Source: Octopus sinensis (lineage: Eukaryota). From it: DNA of 64,000 bases. The DNA lies in NCBI RefSeq assembly GCF_006345805.1, contig NC_043013.1, positions 28,458,001 to 28,522,000 on the forward strand, given 5' to 3'. How positions within the stretch are numbered: position 1 is the first letter of the stretch; the number at the start of each line of letters is the position of its first letter. Of this stretch, positions 24,170 through 38,994 are shown piece by piece. The translations under genes and the position numbers were made by a program. Under the pieces are notes generated by a model. That model saw nothing but the letters and a program-made list of their open reading frames with translations. It was not told the DNA's origin and searched no databases.

Positions 24170-25901
24170 GTAAAGATCAATAAATACTTTCTCTTTTGTT
24201 TGTTTCATGAAATTCCTTATTTGTTGTAAACGAAGGCTTAAGAGCTCCAGCTGGTCTTGTCAGTAAGATGACGAATAAGTAATTGAGGAGTTAGTCGACA
24301 GCTCATATCATGTTACAATCATAATAATCAACCACTGGGCATTTCTGTCTCAAGTCCAAGGATGCATAGGACCAGTTGCTTGGTTTCCATTGAGTATAAG
24401 TGCCTGAGTGCATAACATGACCCCTGAATGGGATGCCAGTCTCTTGCAGGGTCACTCATTCTTGGTTAATTGGACTGGAACAGTGTGAAATGAGGTGTCT
24501 TGCTCAAGAACACAATGGACCACCTACTCTGGGAATTGAAACCATGATCATGCGTTTGTGAGTGCAACACCCTAAGTATTAGGTCACACGCCTTTGTTTA
24601 CTGTGCTTTTGAAGAATGAATGGCTGAGGTTAATTTCCTCAGGGATGCCCTCTGCAAGAAAACAATTGTGAAAGTAAGGGTCAAATGTCTGATTAGAAAT
24701 AATTATAAGGTGACGAAAAGACAATATTAGTTGAATGATTAATATTATTTTAATCATTTTGACATGTAGGGGAGATAATTCTGAACAAGTTTTAGCCTTA
24801 TTGAATCACATTGAAGCATGGATTTCACTATAGGTGACAAGGAATAATATTTATTTAGCATATTTGCTGAATAGGGACATACACAAACCAACACAGGTTG
24901 TCAAGTATGGTATAATTCAAGGGGGATTTGGCTGCTACTCCTAGCAGATTTAATGACCACATAGAAGCTCCATCATTGGCTCAATTCCCTCATTGACTCA
25001 TGAAAAATCTTAGCTATATTTTGTCTTATGGATTAAACTCTATAAACACTATAAATACCACTATAGTTGGTCTTGCAGTTAATCCTATACAATATAACGA
25101 TTTTTTAAAAATCAGTGTCTTTGCATCTGAACTCTTTTTTTGTAAGATTTTTTTTTTCTTCTTGCAATTATATTTACTTAAACTTCATTCAGTACCTTCC
25201 ACAGTTTTTGATAACCTTTCTGGTTTTCTATTCACATCTGTTCTGACATATTTTCCTGTTGTTAGTTGTTTCCTGCTTTCTTCATGTGAATTCACACCAC
25301 TTCTTTGATCTTATTCAGATAACCTTTCTTTTTTTCTTTTTCTTATTTTATATTATCTTGTTTTTACTTTAGTGATAAAACCACTAGGAAATAGAAAATA
25401 CATTTGCGAAATCAGAATAATTTTCCTGTATCAAATTTAGTTATAAAAGACAATACGAAACAAACAAAATAATAATAACAGTAACAACAACAACAACAGC
25501 AGTAGTAGTTGTAAAAGTAATGATAATATAACAGAATGGTGGATAGAACATTGGAATTGCTTGAAAGAAAACAGAAATGATCTTATTTTTCTGCTGTGTT
25601 CCACTTAATTAACAACCAACTAATCAATTGATGTGTATATAAAGCTCACTGGAGTATATGCTCTCCAGCAACAGCAGCAACAACAATAAAAGAAAGATAA
25701 TATATATTTAACAGGAAGAAAAAAAAACACCCAAAAAAAGTATTTCTCTTAACAATGACACTCAAGAAAATAAACTAGGAGAAAACTCCGTGTGTATATG
25801 TTTGCTTTTTAAACTCTTTAAATAGCTCCATAACTATCCCTAAATATCTTCAAACCAATTTGTGTTCACGTTGTTTATTTCAATCAATGGTTTTTTTTCT
25901 C

Positions 25902-25939
<38 letters not shown>

Positions 25940-26690
25940 GTTGTTGTTGTTGTTTTTGGTGGTGGTAGAAGCAGTGATGATGGTCAGCAACAAAACAATT
26001 GCGTTGCAGAATAAATGCGTATACTGTCCGCATCTCCTGTCCTTTCCCCTACCGCTGCCGCCCCCTCCCCGATCGGAAAAACACTCTCTCTCTCCCCTCT
26101 CCCCTCTCCCCCTCGCCCCTTCCCACCGTAAAGTAAATAGTGAATAAAAACAAACACTTAACATCATTGATTGATTTCAAATGTAAATATATTTTAAATT
26201 CAACTTTGCATACGCATCTTTTAAGATAGTTAAAAACTGGTGGCGCTTCATGGTGGTGGTGCAGTGGTGGTGGTGGTGGGGAAGACAACCCCAGCACTCC
26301 TCTACCTCACCCATTCCCCTTTTCACTTCCTCATATTTGCTTTCTTCATGTTTTTTTTTTGTGTCTTTGTTGCTTTTTATTTATTATTTTTTTTTTTTTT
26401 TGCGTATTTGCATTTTTCTTTTTTTTCTGTGTGTTTGTTTCATCTTCTTACTGAGCTCGAAAATAAAACTGCCCTGACAACAACAACATCAACAACAATA
26501 ACAACAGCAACAATGACAACATCAATAATGGTACCATTTACATTAACACAAATATCACCATCATCACCCCCACCATCACCACCACCACCAACAACAACAA
26601 CAACCACAACAACAGCAAGAACTGCCAAGCAATAAATCACTTGACATTGTTCTCAGCTGATTTGAAGTGATCAGCTTAGCCAAGATAATT

Positions 26691-26704
26691 TTACAAATGG
26701 TCAC
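26691..26704 (-). CDS. Candidate terminal exon coding part (G)DHL* of an unidentified minus-strand gene
   Basis: Minus strand tgtcttctgtttgcAG|GT GAC CAT TTG TAA, followed by about 1.6 kb free of interspersed repeats (3'UTR-like). Splice-signal evidence only. Confidence 0.25.
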
Positions 26705-26994
26705 CTGCAAACAGAAGACACATATAACTAATAATCAGCTCTATAAATAGAGTTTGTAACATAGGTGTGTAAGGACCCACACAAACACACACACACACAT
26801 ACACACTTGCATACATACATTTCTGGAATAAATAAATAAATGAGTGGAAATGAACCAGAGAGTGTGTTAGATATAAAAGCACTATGACTCTCCCTAGACA
26901 CAAAATTTGTTTCAATACACAAATTCACATAAAGAATCTTGCAAACCAGATTCAAAAACTAAATTACTTGCACACACACACACACATATATATA

Positions 26995-27025
<31 letters not shown>

Positions 27026-27047
27026 TATATATATATATATATATACA

Positions 27048-27950
27048 TACCAGAATTAAAGAAATTTCAGGTACGGAAGCAAAGTCTAGAATCGAAGGGC
27101 CTTAGAGTTAACCTAGAAAAAGCCAAAGTTTTAGTAAGTAGGCAGGCAGACAAATCACAAATCCCTTCAGGTAGATGACCCTGCTCAATCTGTAGAAAAG
27201 GTATAGGTAGAAACACCATAATATGTACCCAGTGTAAGCTATGGACACATAAGAGGTGCAGCAATATCAGAGGAAGGTTAACAGGGAAATTAGCTTTTGT
27301 GTGTAGAAGATGCACACGTATGATAAACACTGAAAATGTACAGAAAATAGAATCCATCAACTGTCAGTGGAGTAAGCTAGAGGTGACCAAGTTAGCAGCA
27401 GAGGTAGATGCTCTGAGAGTGTAACTGTGAGAATAAGAATAGGCTGGGCATGGTTTCTACAGCTTCTGCTGGCAACAAAGGGCCTCTTCATCAGAGTGAA
27501 AGGCAGATTGTATGATGTCTGTGTCCAAACAGCTATGCTACATGGCAATGAAATACGATTGGCTGTAACAGCTGAGGACATGTAGGCTTGAAAGAAATGA
27601 AGCCAGTATGCTTCAGTGCATGAACAGCAGAATGTAAGCATCTTGAGAGAGCAGTTGGGCATAAAATGCATCAGATGTGGTGTGCAAGAGAGATGACTGT
27701 ACTGGTATGGTCATATGATGTGTATGGATGAGAACAGCTGTGTAAAGAAGTGCTGATCTCTAACTGGAGGGAACCTGTGGTAGGGGTAGAATTAGGAAGA
27801 CATGGGATGAGGTGGTGAAGCATGATCTTTGAATTTTGGGCCTCATGTAGGCAATGACTAGTGGCCGAGACCTTTGACAATATGCTGTGCTTGAGAAGAT
27901 CTATCAAACCAAGTGAAATTGTAGTTGTTACTGACGCTAGTGTCATGTAA
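27048..27950 (+). mobile_element. 5'-truncated decayed RTE-type LINE (RT C-terminus, Cys-rich segment, 3' end)
   Basis: ELKKFQVRKQSLESKGLRVNLEKAKVLVS, then PCSICRKGIGRNTIICTQCKLWTHKRC, RIRIGW, GRLYDVCVQTAMLHG and LYWYGH-like segments; many stops and frameshifts. Confidence 0.8.
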
Positions 27951-28468
27951 GTAACTCACACCTAAAAAGCACCTTTCGAACATTGGGCCTCACAGAGGTA
28001 AGGTTGCATGTGAAAAGCACCCATTACACTCTTGGAGTAGTTGGCATTAGGAAGGGTATCCTGCTGTAGAAACCATATCAAAACAGACTGGAGTCTGGTG
28101 CAGCCCCTCAGCTTTCCAGCCCTGGTCGAACTGCCCAGCCCATGCCAGCATGGACAATGGACATTAAATGGTGATGATTATATATATATATCATCATCAT
28201 CATCATCATCATCATCATTTAGCGCCCGCTTTCCATGGGTTGGACGGTTCAACTGGGGTCTGTGAAGCCAGAAGGCTGCATAAGCCCAGTCTGATCTGGC
28301 AGTGTTTCTACGGCTGGATGCCCTTCCTAACGCCAACCACTCCGTGAGTGTAGTGGGTGCTTTTTACATGCCACTCGCACAGATGCCAGACAGAGCTGGC
28401 AAACGGCCACGGACGGATGGTGCTTTTTACGTGCCACCGGCACGGGGGCCAGGCAAGGCTGGCAACGG

Positions 28469-28519
<51 letters not shown>

Positions 28520-28520
<1 letters not shown>

Positions 28521-28820
28521 AAGGGTAAAGACCCCCTTCGGTCATGAATGACCATGGGATTGCACCTAGAAAGTTACCCTCCTAGACACAAGTCTGGGCA
28601 AGGTTGTTTTATGGAAGGCCAGCAGTCGCCCATGCATACCAGCCTCCCCTCTCCACGCCACCAGTGACGTCGCAACTCATTTCATCAGCTGAGTGAACTG
28701 GAGCAACGTGAAATAAAGTGCCTTGCTCGAGAACACAACACGCAGCCTGGTCCGGGATTCGAGCTCACAACCTCACGATCGTAAGCTCGACGCTCTAACC
28801 ACTGAGCCATGCGCCTTCAC
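28520..28820 (-). mobile_element. Young tRNA-derived CORE-type SINE family D (second copy 30466-30798 -); related heads at 80-310, 9885-10200, 29485-29700, 30258-30430, 39500-40050
   Basis: Reverse complement begins gtgaaggcgcatggctcagtggttagagcgtcg (A box) ... tcgaatcccgg (B box) ... gttctcgagcaaggcactttatttcac (CORE-like). The two copies are highly similar with CpGs retained; the 28520 copy has an internal deletion. Confidence 0.8.
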
Positions 28821-30432
28821 TATATATATATATATAAGCATGTAAGTGCAGTAATTAGGGATGTGAAACAGTATTTAGCCACCTTCTGTAGATCTTGATG
28901 CTCTTCTTTCCCCCTCCTTGAGTTGCTGAAACTCTCAGCCTTGACTAGATCTTAACAATTAACATACTGAATGAGAAAGCAATTGGTTTTCTGTGTTTAA
29001 TTAATATTCACAAAACAGCAATTTTCCTGAAAGAAAAAATAAAGAGATAAAAAATGACCTACACAAATCCACTGAAGCACTTAAGCTCCACGTGCTTCTT
29101 AGCATATCTAATTTAAAAGAGAGTTTTTTTAGCATATTCAATACTCTGCGCATTAAATATGTCGACATTAACTTAGTTATAAAAACTAGTCTCGTTTGAT
29201 ACTTCATACATATCTTGTTGGTACAAAATACAATAGTAATACAACAGAAAGCAACTATGTTGTGGTTTGGTTGATGTAACTATTAACTACTTTGGTATTT
29301 TTCTTTTTAATAAACAAGTTACCACAGCTCCACTTATACAGACTTAGGATACACATGTCACTTTGACATGACTTAGTATCACCTGAGAGTTGATGATGGA
29401 GACTGTGTACTCTTATCAACCTCCTCTATCTCTTTTCCTTTTTCTTTTCTCCTTTTTTCCGTGCTGTAGATATATCAGATGTAAAGGCATGTGGCTTAGT
29501 AGTTAGGTAATTTGGCTCATGAACGTAAGGTCACGAGTTCAATTCCTAGTGACATGTTGTGTCCTTGAGCAAGACATTTTATTTCACATTACTCCCGTGC
29601 ACTAAACTGGCAAAAATGAGTAGTACCTCTATTTCAAAAGGTCTGAGGGCTACATTAAGGGTACATGTGTCTGTGGAGTGCTCAGCCACTTGTACATACC
29701 CTATGGAATGCCTCACCATTGTAACCGATGGAGTGCCAATTGTAATGGCATGTAGCCTAGTGATCAGTGTGTTGTATTCATGAGTTTAGCTTCATGGTTT
29801 CAATTCCCAAACAATGTGGTGTGTTGTTGTTGTGAGGAAGCAGAACATCCCTAATGGACTGTGCCACAATATAAGTGGACATACGCAGAGAGCCTTCTGG
29901 AGCAGAGTAAAGCTGAGAGCTGCATATTGTCATGGGTTATTATCAGTATCTTGAGTAGAACGATTTGTGAGGACGTTATTATTATTCTGTTATATCATAC
30001 GTTGAACATGCAATACAACAGTTGTTCTTGAGCAAGACACTTCACTTCACTTTGCTTCAGCTAACTCAGCTGTAAATGAGGTCCAGCAATAACTGGGAAG
30101 TCAACCCTGTGACAGACTGGCATCACGTACTTTCTACATCACAAAACATTAGTACATACACGTATTGCATTGATAGTGCCCCTTTGTACAGGGCCATACA
30201 TATAGTATGTCTATGGTACAGACTACATATTTTGTCTATAGTTTATTCTGCTGTATAGGTGCGTGGCTTAGTGGTTAGGGTGTTGAACTCATGATCATAA
30301 GATTGTGGTTTCAATTCCTGGATGCATTGTGTTCTTGAGGAAAACACTTCATTTCATGTTGCTCCAGTCCATTCACCTGGAAAGAATGAGTAATCCTGTG
30401 ATGGACCAACATCTTATCCAGGTGGGGAATAA

Positions 30433-30465
<33 letters not shown>

Positions 30466-30959
30466 AAGGGTAAAGACCCCCTTCGGTCATGAATGACCAT
30501 GGGATTGCACCTAGAAAGTTACCCTCCTAGACACAAGTCCGGGCAAGGTTGTTTATGGAAGACCAGCAGTCGCCCATGCATACCAGCCTCCCCTCTCCAC
30601 GCCACCAGTGTTATCCAAGGGAAAGACAAAGGTCGATACAGCTTGGCACCTGTGACGTCGCAACTCATTTCTACAGCTGAATGAACTGGAGCAACGTGAA
30701 ATAAAGTGCCTTGCTTAAGAACACAACACGCAGCCCGGTCTGGGAATCGAGCTCACAACCTCGTGATCGTAAGCTCGACGCTCTAACCACTGAGCCATAT
30801 ATATATATATATATTACTCTTTTACTCTTTTACTTGTTTCAGTCATTTGATTGCGGCCATGCTGGAGCACCGCCTTTAGTCAAGCAACTCGACACCGGGA
30901 CTTATTCTTTTTTTTTGTAAGCCCAGTACTTATTCTATTGATCTCTTTTTGCCGAACCG

Positions 30960-31006
<47 letters not shown>

Positions 31007-33697
31007 AGAGACACTGGGGAACTGGCCCTATTAGTTTAAATGACCCTGGAAGGATTTTTACTTTGCTTTTTTAACTTTTTATTCTGCTACTGGTGTATAG
31101 TGGCTGTTGTCACAGGTTGTGCTACTGTGCTGAACATCTGGTATAGCAAGAGGTAATATAGTGGTCATTGAATGAAAAGGTATGCAAATGAATAGGAGAG
31201 AAATACGAGAAATAGAGGTGGAGAGAAAACGGTTATTGTTCATGTAGTAAGCTACAAAGTTCATAGATTCTCTCAATTTCCTGTAATTCAGACTGTCTCC
31301 TGGTCCCAGCAGACAAAATGGAAAAGGTGTTGCCCCAGAGGGAGATGCACTTGAACAGCCACTCTGACTCATGGTGTTTGCACTTGCAGACAGCCATCTC
31401 CACCCCAATAGTGGTGAACAGGGATATGGTCTGGGGACTGAGAATGTCGGAGGTCTCCACTTCTACAGGCTTGACCGTAAACCTGTCAGAGAATGACTGA
31501 TTCTTTGATAGTTTGCTTTTCTGGTATAGCTATTACTTGAAGACAGACCTAAACATGAGATTGTTTTTATACATCAAGACTATTCTGACAAGAAATGTGG
31601 AGAGGAAGAAAGTAAGGAGAGGAAGAAAGTAAGAAGCCATCAAAGACATTTGTCAATGGATGGCACCAAAGAATGGACAGGAAACAAAATCCTAGCTTAC
31701 TTTATGCATACAGCACAACACAGAGAGAACTTGCTAATATTTACAGGCTGACCCCTGGACACAAGTAGGGCCATTTGGCTCTAGGCTGATGTTAATGCAT
31801 AAAGCAATAACAACTTGAGTGTGTCTTTGTTTCTGAATGCCTGTTATTAGATTTGAAAACAAATTATGACCAGTTCATATCATGATATGGCAAGGACAGA
31901 ATTATAAAGAAAATTTACTAGCTTTGGTGGGTGTCCAGTGTTCACCTAGCAAAGCCTGGATATATGCCCCCACATACCACACATATTTCGTCTGTAGTAC
32001 ATATTGCACATCCAGTGTATCCAGAAATGTTAACTGTTCAGGTCGACCCCATCTAGCCTTTTCCTTTCTCAACATACTCACAAGATAGTGTGGGTTTCTG
32101 CTTGGAGCCTCCTCCATAACATGCTAATTAGCCATTAGCTGAGACTCTCTTTGGAGTTCCTTGGGCAATCCAGTGACTGCTCTCTTTGACACCCTTCTGG
32201 CAACTCCAGAGTAGGTGGAGCTCTTCAGCTCTGCAAGGCAATTCATCTCGGAGAAGGCCACTCCAGTGTTAAAACTTACAGCTTGCTGGTCACTCCTGTC
32301 ATCTTAGCTGACTGAGTGATTGTGGGAAGGGCTTCTAGTCTAAAGAGTGGCGTCAGATTGAGTAGACCGGCTCTTAATTTAAAACCACTAACTGCTAACA
32401 GGAAGAAAAGTCCTACGGATTCAAGGGTCAGTTTATGTTGTCAATTGAGGGCACATGCCACTTTTCTATGTGATCTTTGCTATCATCATCATCATTGTTA
32501 TCATCACTACAATCATCACTACCATCACTACCACCACCGCCACCACCACCACCACCACCACCATTTCCACTGCTGCTGCCGCCACCACCTCCATCATCAC
32601 CACAATCACATATTGTGCTAATAATAGAAGCCATACATATTGAACCAATATATAGTGTGTCCATACCACACAACCCACACCCCACACCACACAGCATACA
32701 CCACAGTTATTCTGTCCATGAGACATATGCACATTATGTCCATGGGACACACTACATACACTGTCGGCATAGTATATATTACATATACAATGTCCATAGT
32801 ACATACTAAACATTTATTGTGTCCATAGTATGTACGATGTCCACACACTATGTGTCGTTAGTATGTATGTATAGGGCCTTTCTAGAAACCAATTTGAATC
32901 TCCTTGGTGACATAGATAAAAGAGTTTATAAAGCATTGACATCTTTGTGCAGATTCCCAAACACTGAAATGAACAAACCATGACAATGTTGTGTCAGGCT
33001 ATTTTTATCTATTGATCGTCATTGCAATCAATAGTACAATCTATCATGTGTGTATATTGGTGAAAGTTTCTATATATACATATGTGTGTGTGTGTTGTAC
33101 ATAGTCATGTATGTGTGTACAGATATAATAACAACAGCAGTATTATCTTTCCCTGTCTGCCCCTCTCTCCCTCTCTTTATATTTTAGATATTCTTTCTAC
33201 TCTTGGCACAAGACCCGAAATTTTTTCGGGGAGGGGCCCAGTCGATTAGATCGACCCCAGTACACAACTGGTACTTAATTTATTGACCCTGAAAGGATGA
33301 AATGCAAAGTCGACCTCGGCGGAATTTGAACTCAGAACGTAAAGACAGACGAAATACCGCTAAGCATTTCGCTGGCATGCTAATGTTTCTTATTTCTTTA
33401 TTGCCCACAAGGGGCTAAACATAGAGGGGACAAACAAGGACAAAGGGATTAAGTCGATTACATCGGTCCCAGTGCGTAACTGGTACTTAATTTATCTACC
33501 ACAAAAGGATGAAAAACAAAGTTGACCTCGGTGGAATTTGAACTCAGAACATAGCAGCAGACAAAATACCACTAAGCATTTTGCCCAGCATGCTAATGTT
33601 TCTACCAGCTCGCCACCTTTCCCTAAAACTAAGCATTTTGCCCCATGTGCTAATGTTTCTGCCAGCTCACCTGCCCTTGATAATAATAATAATAATA

Positions 33698-33761
<64 letters not shown>

Positions 33762-33977
33762 CCTTTCTGCTATAGGCATAAGGCCTGAAATTATGGGGAA
33801 GGGAGCCAGTCGATTACATCGGCCCCAGTGCTCAACTAGTACTCATTTTAATGACCCTGAAAGGATGAAAGACAAAGTCAACCCCAGCAGAATTTGAACT
33901 CAGAACATAGTAGCAGACAAAATACCAGCAAGCATTTCACCCAGCGTGCTAACAATTCTGTCAGCTCGCTGCCTTTT

Positions 33978-34015
<38 letters not shown>

Positions 34016-36152
34016 TATTATTATAAAGATGATATATATAGAATGTATCTAGATGTGTGTGTATGTATGTGTGTGTGCATGTGTCATGCCAGCATGGAAG
34101 GCAGATGATAATTAAACGATGATGATGATAATGATGATAGTTGTGCATATGTGTGTGTGTGTATATATATATATAATTAAAAAATAATATATATTTATGA
34201 ATTTGTGTGTGGTTGCAAGATTGTGTGTGTATGCATGTGTGTGTGTGTGTCTGAGTATGTATGTGGCATGATATGTTACAAAGGCTATTTCCTATCCAGA
34301 ACATTGAAGATATAAAAAATTAACAACAACAACAACAACAACAGCAATGATAATGATAATATAATATAAGAAAAATATAAACGCATTATTATGAAAATGG
34401 TTTTCATACCATTTGTATACAAATTATAAGCAAAACGGGAAATTGTAAAATATATGTATGAGGAATCAGTTTGTTTTTGTTGTTGTGGTTGTTCTTGTTG
34501 ACACTGAATTTTCTTCGTGTCTTTGTGTCACCATCATCTCTTGCTCCTTCTGCTCTTCTTTTATCTGTTGCCCTCATCATTACCATCATCATCATCATCA
34601 TCATCATCTGCTGCATCATCTGCATCAGTGTGTGCGTCTTCCTGATAGCTTCTTTGCTGTTAAGCAATTACTCGTAGCTGCTGGTGGTGTTCCTTATTGA
34701 ATAGCACTTGTTATACTAATCATGGAATATCATATAAAAAAAGAAAAAAAACAGGAAATAAATTACCACCACCACCACCACCACCACCACCACCACCATT
34801 ACCACCACAATTACCACCACCTCCCCTTGTTGTTGTCATCATAATAATGATCACCACGATCACCATCATCATGATCATCATCATAGTCATCATCATCATC
34901 ATGGTTATCATCATCATCATAGTTATCACCACCACCACCACCACCACCATTGTCATCATCATCATTGTCATAAGGATCACCATAATCATCATCATCATCA
35001 TCATCATCACTTTGCTCACCATTGCTACTGTCATGATCATGATCATCACTGCCATCACCACCACCACCACCACCACCACCACCACTGTTGTTGTCAGCAT
35101 ATTTGAATGGTTTACCACTTTTCAGTTTATCTTATGCCCAGATAGGTTTTTTTTTACCCCCTTTTCTATTCATTTGCCCCGCTAAGTATGGGATAAATAA
35201 ATTGATATAAGGAAAAAGAATCTTTCTTCACCTGCCTTTTCACCCCATCTCCACCTAATTGCCACCACCACCACCACCACCACCAGTATTATGATCAGCA
35301 TCATCCTCTTCTTATTTCATTAATTTCTGAACAGCATCATATATTTTCTTTTCTTTATTTCCTTATGCTCATCATCATCATCATCATCGTCGTCGTCATC
35401 CTTGCTATCATCATCATCACCACCATCACCACCATCATCATAACTTCCATCACCACCTTGCCTCTCTTTCACTGTATTATTATTGTTAAAATTTTTTTTT
35501 AATAAAAAAAAAAATTATTGTTATTGCCATCATCTTCCGCAGCAGCAGCAGCAGCAGCAATAGCAAGCCTACTGCTGTTGTTACAAAGGTTAAACATCAG
35601 TTTTTGCGACCCTGGTTTGTGATTCACTTTTCTGCAATACTTATTTTTCTCCAACTGTTTCCGTTATTCTGGGACTTCTCTCTCAGACTCCACCAATTTA
35701 CTCACATATAGGCACAGGAGTGGCTGTGTGGTAAGTAACTTGCTTACCAACCACATGATTCCGGGTTCAGTCCCACTGCGTGGCACCTTGGGCAAGTGTC
35801 TTCTACTATAGCCTCGGGCTGACCAAAGCCTTCTGAGTGGATTTGGTAGACGGAAACTGAAAGAAGCCCGTTGTATATATGTATATATATATTTGTGTGT
35901 GTGTGTTTGTCTCTCCAACATTGCTTGACAACTGATGCTGGTGTGTTTACGTCCCTGTAACTTAGCAGTTTGGCAAAAGAGACCAATAGAATATGTACTA
36001 GGCTTACAAAGAATAAGTCCTTGGGTCAATTTGCTCAACTAAAGGTGATGCTGCAGCATGGCCACAGTCACATAACTGAAACAAGTTGGTTTCTTCACCT
36101 CTTACAGCACCAGTTGCAAGCAGTAGTGGGTTATAAACACAAAGACACATGT

Positions 36153-36189
<37 letters not shown>

Positions 36190-36424
36190 AGCCTTCTTCC
36201 AGTTTCCTTCTACCAAATCCACTCACAAGACTTTGGTTGACCAGAGGCTATAGTAGAAGACATTTGCCCAAGATAACACATAGTGGGACTGATCCTGGAA
36301 CCAGGTGGTTGGGAAGCAAACTTATCACCTCACACAGTCACACCTGCCAGAAATTCTACAGGAATTCAATCAGCACACAACAACACAAATACCAAATATA
36401 TTCAATTCACTTCTTGAATTGTCA

Positions 36425-36680
36425 ATGGCCCTTTGCTGTGTGGTTCTAGGGCACCCCACTGCTCTTTACCCCTTGGTCTGCCACTTTAGTGCTACCGTAC
36501 AATCACTTTCTTGATTTTGTCCGGGAACATGTCCAATCCAGTTCCAGCATCTGTATCTTATTTCATCACTGATCCTGTCGATGCTTGTTGTCGTCTCAAC
36601 TGTGTCACTTCTGACTCTTTGCAAACACTTGATATTGTATATTTTCCTTAAACACATGAACTGGAAGCTGTACATTATTT
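36425..36680 (-). mobile_element. RTE-clade LINE 3' coding relic
   Basis: CLRKIYNIK...ISDEIRYRCWNWIGHV...ALKWQTKG matches the RTE C-terminal R-W-x-W-x-G-H motif region. Confidence 0.7.
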
Positions 36681-38947
36681 TTTTTCTCTCATTTTTGTCA
36701 CAACACAATGGACAACAACCATTAATTCACCCATCCAATGCCAGTACTGCCTTCTCATGGCCAATGCCAGTACCTATTTCTTTACTACCCACAAAGGGCT
36801 AAACACAGAGGGGACAAACAAGGACAGACAAACGGATTAAGTCGATTATATCGACCCCAGTGCGTAACTGGTACTTATTTAATCGACCCCGAAAGGATGA
36901 AAGGCAAAGTCGACCTTGGCGGAATTTGAACTCAGAACGTAACGGCAGACGAAGTACGGCTAAGCATTTCGCCTGGCATGCTAACAATTGTATCACCTGA
37001 CTGGCACTTGTGCCAGTGATATGTAAAAAGCACCATTCAAGTGTAGCCGATGCCAGTGTTGCCTGACTGGTACTTGTACTGGTGGCATATAAAAAGCACC
37101 ATTTGAGCATAGTTGAAGCCAGTACTGCCTGACTGGCTCCTGTGCCAGTGGCACATAAAAAGCACCATTCGAGTGTAGTTAATGCCAGTGCCGTCTGACT
37201 GGCCCCATACTGGTGGCTCGTAAAAAGCATTCACTACACTCTCAGAGTGGTTGGCATTAGGAAGGGCATCCAGCTGTAGAAACCTTGCCAGATCAGATTG
37301 GGGCCTGATGCAGCCTCCTGGCTTGCCAGTCTCCAGTCAAATTGTCCAACCCATGCTAGCATGGAAAACAAACGCTAAACGCCAATGATGATAATGATGA
37401 TGATAATATCAGTGATAACATAGTTAATGTAGTGAACCAATAGATGTTAATTAATTAAATTACGTCCCTGGCAATGTAATAAAGTCATTAGCTTAATAAT
37501 TAATTCTGGACAACAAAATCAATAGAAATAATTCTGAAATTTTAATTAATTAATTAATTAATTGAAATTTTAAAAATTAGTTGACCTACTTTTTCTTAGA
37601 TCATTTACCAGAACTTTCAGTCTCACTACATGACACTTTGGGCAAGTGTCTTCCACTATAGACATGGACCAACCCAAAGCTTTGTGAGTTGATTTGATGG
37701 ACAGAAACTGAAAAAAAGCCCATAATGAATGTGTGTGTGTGTGTGTGTGTGTTTATCCTTGTCTTGACAATCACATGATGATCGTAAATGAGGATCACCG
37801 TCACATAAGCGAGGTTGTTCGTTTTCAGTCTTCTGTGAAGAATATGTCTGGCCATGGGGAAATATTACCTTGCTTAGAAACAGGAAGTGAGAGTTGGCAA
37901 CAAGAACGGCATCCAGCCATAGAAAACCCACCTCAACATATTCCATCCATGCAAGCATGGAAACTGGATGTTAAATGATGATGATGATGATGATGATGAT
38001 GATAATGGTCTATCCACAGTCTGTGTATAGTTTGCTCTGACTCTTCCTTGTATTATTGATTACTTAATATCTTCTGTCAAGATACCTGCATTGCTATACC
38101 TTTTGTCTTTATGCTCCTCTGTGTTAATCATCATCATCATCATCATGATCATCAGTACCATCCAGTTATTCACTCTCACTTCCATCCCATGCTTTAATTC
38201 TCTCCATGTCAGCTTATCCACACTCTGTATATCTCTCATACTAATTCGCTCTTGTATTATTTACCACCAGCGTCAGTTGTATCAAATTAACCATTCTCTA
38301 CAGATTTCTTACTTGCAGCTTTACCTAGAATAAAATTTGATTTCAAATTTTGGTACAAGGCCAGTAATTTCAGGGAAGGGGTCAAGTTGACTGCATTGAC
38401 CCCCCAGAGCTCAATTAGTACTTATTTCATTGACCCTAAAAGGATTAAAGTTTTTATATCTTTAGTTGCGGATATATGATTGTAACAAAGTGGGAATAAA
38501 GCAATGTATTCACAGACATAACTTCCACCTATCAACATGTGAGATTCCAATGCCTTCCCTCTACCTTAACGAGACATGTTACACTTTATAAGAACTTGAC
38601 AAGTCCACTTTGTAATCACACAGGGGTGTTAATGTCTGTTATCACAACAAAAGGCAAAGTCGATCTCGGAGGAAATTCAACTCAGAACATAAAGTAAGAT
38701 GAAGTGCTGCTATGGTTTTTTGGTGGCATTCTTTTACTTGTTTCAGTCATTTGACTGCAGCCATGCTGGAGCACTTTTAGTTGAATAAATTGATCCCAGG
38801 ACTTATTCTTTGTAAGCCTAGTCCTTATTCTATTGGCCACTTTTGGCAAACTGCTAAGTTACAGGGATATAAACACACCAACATCGTTTGTCAAGTTATG
38901 GTGGGAGGGGACAAACACAGACACACAAATGTATACATATGTACATG

Positions 38948-38994
<47 letters not shown>

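Noticed and set aside
28745-28820. tRNA gene (also at 39501, 30258 and other heads)
   Set aside because: A and B boxes are present but they run directly into SINE body sequence and I could not close an acceptor stem; these are SINE heads.
32640-32870. Degenerate ~20-bp tgtccata-containing repeats (a similar weak periodicity at 7210-7440)
   Set aside because: Too decayed to define a unit; likely an old minisatellite with no further signal.
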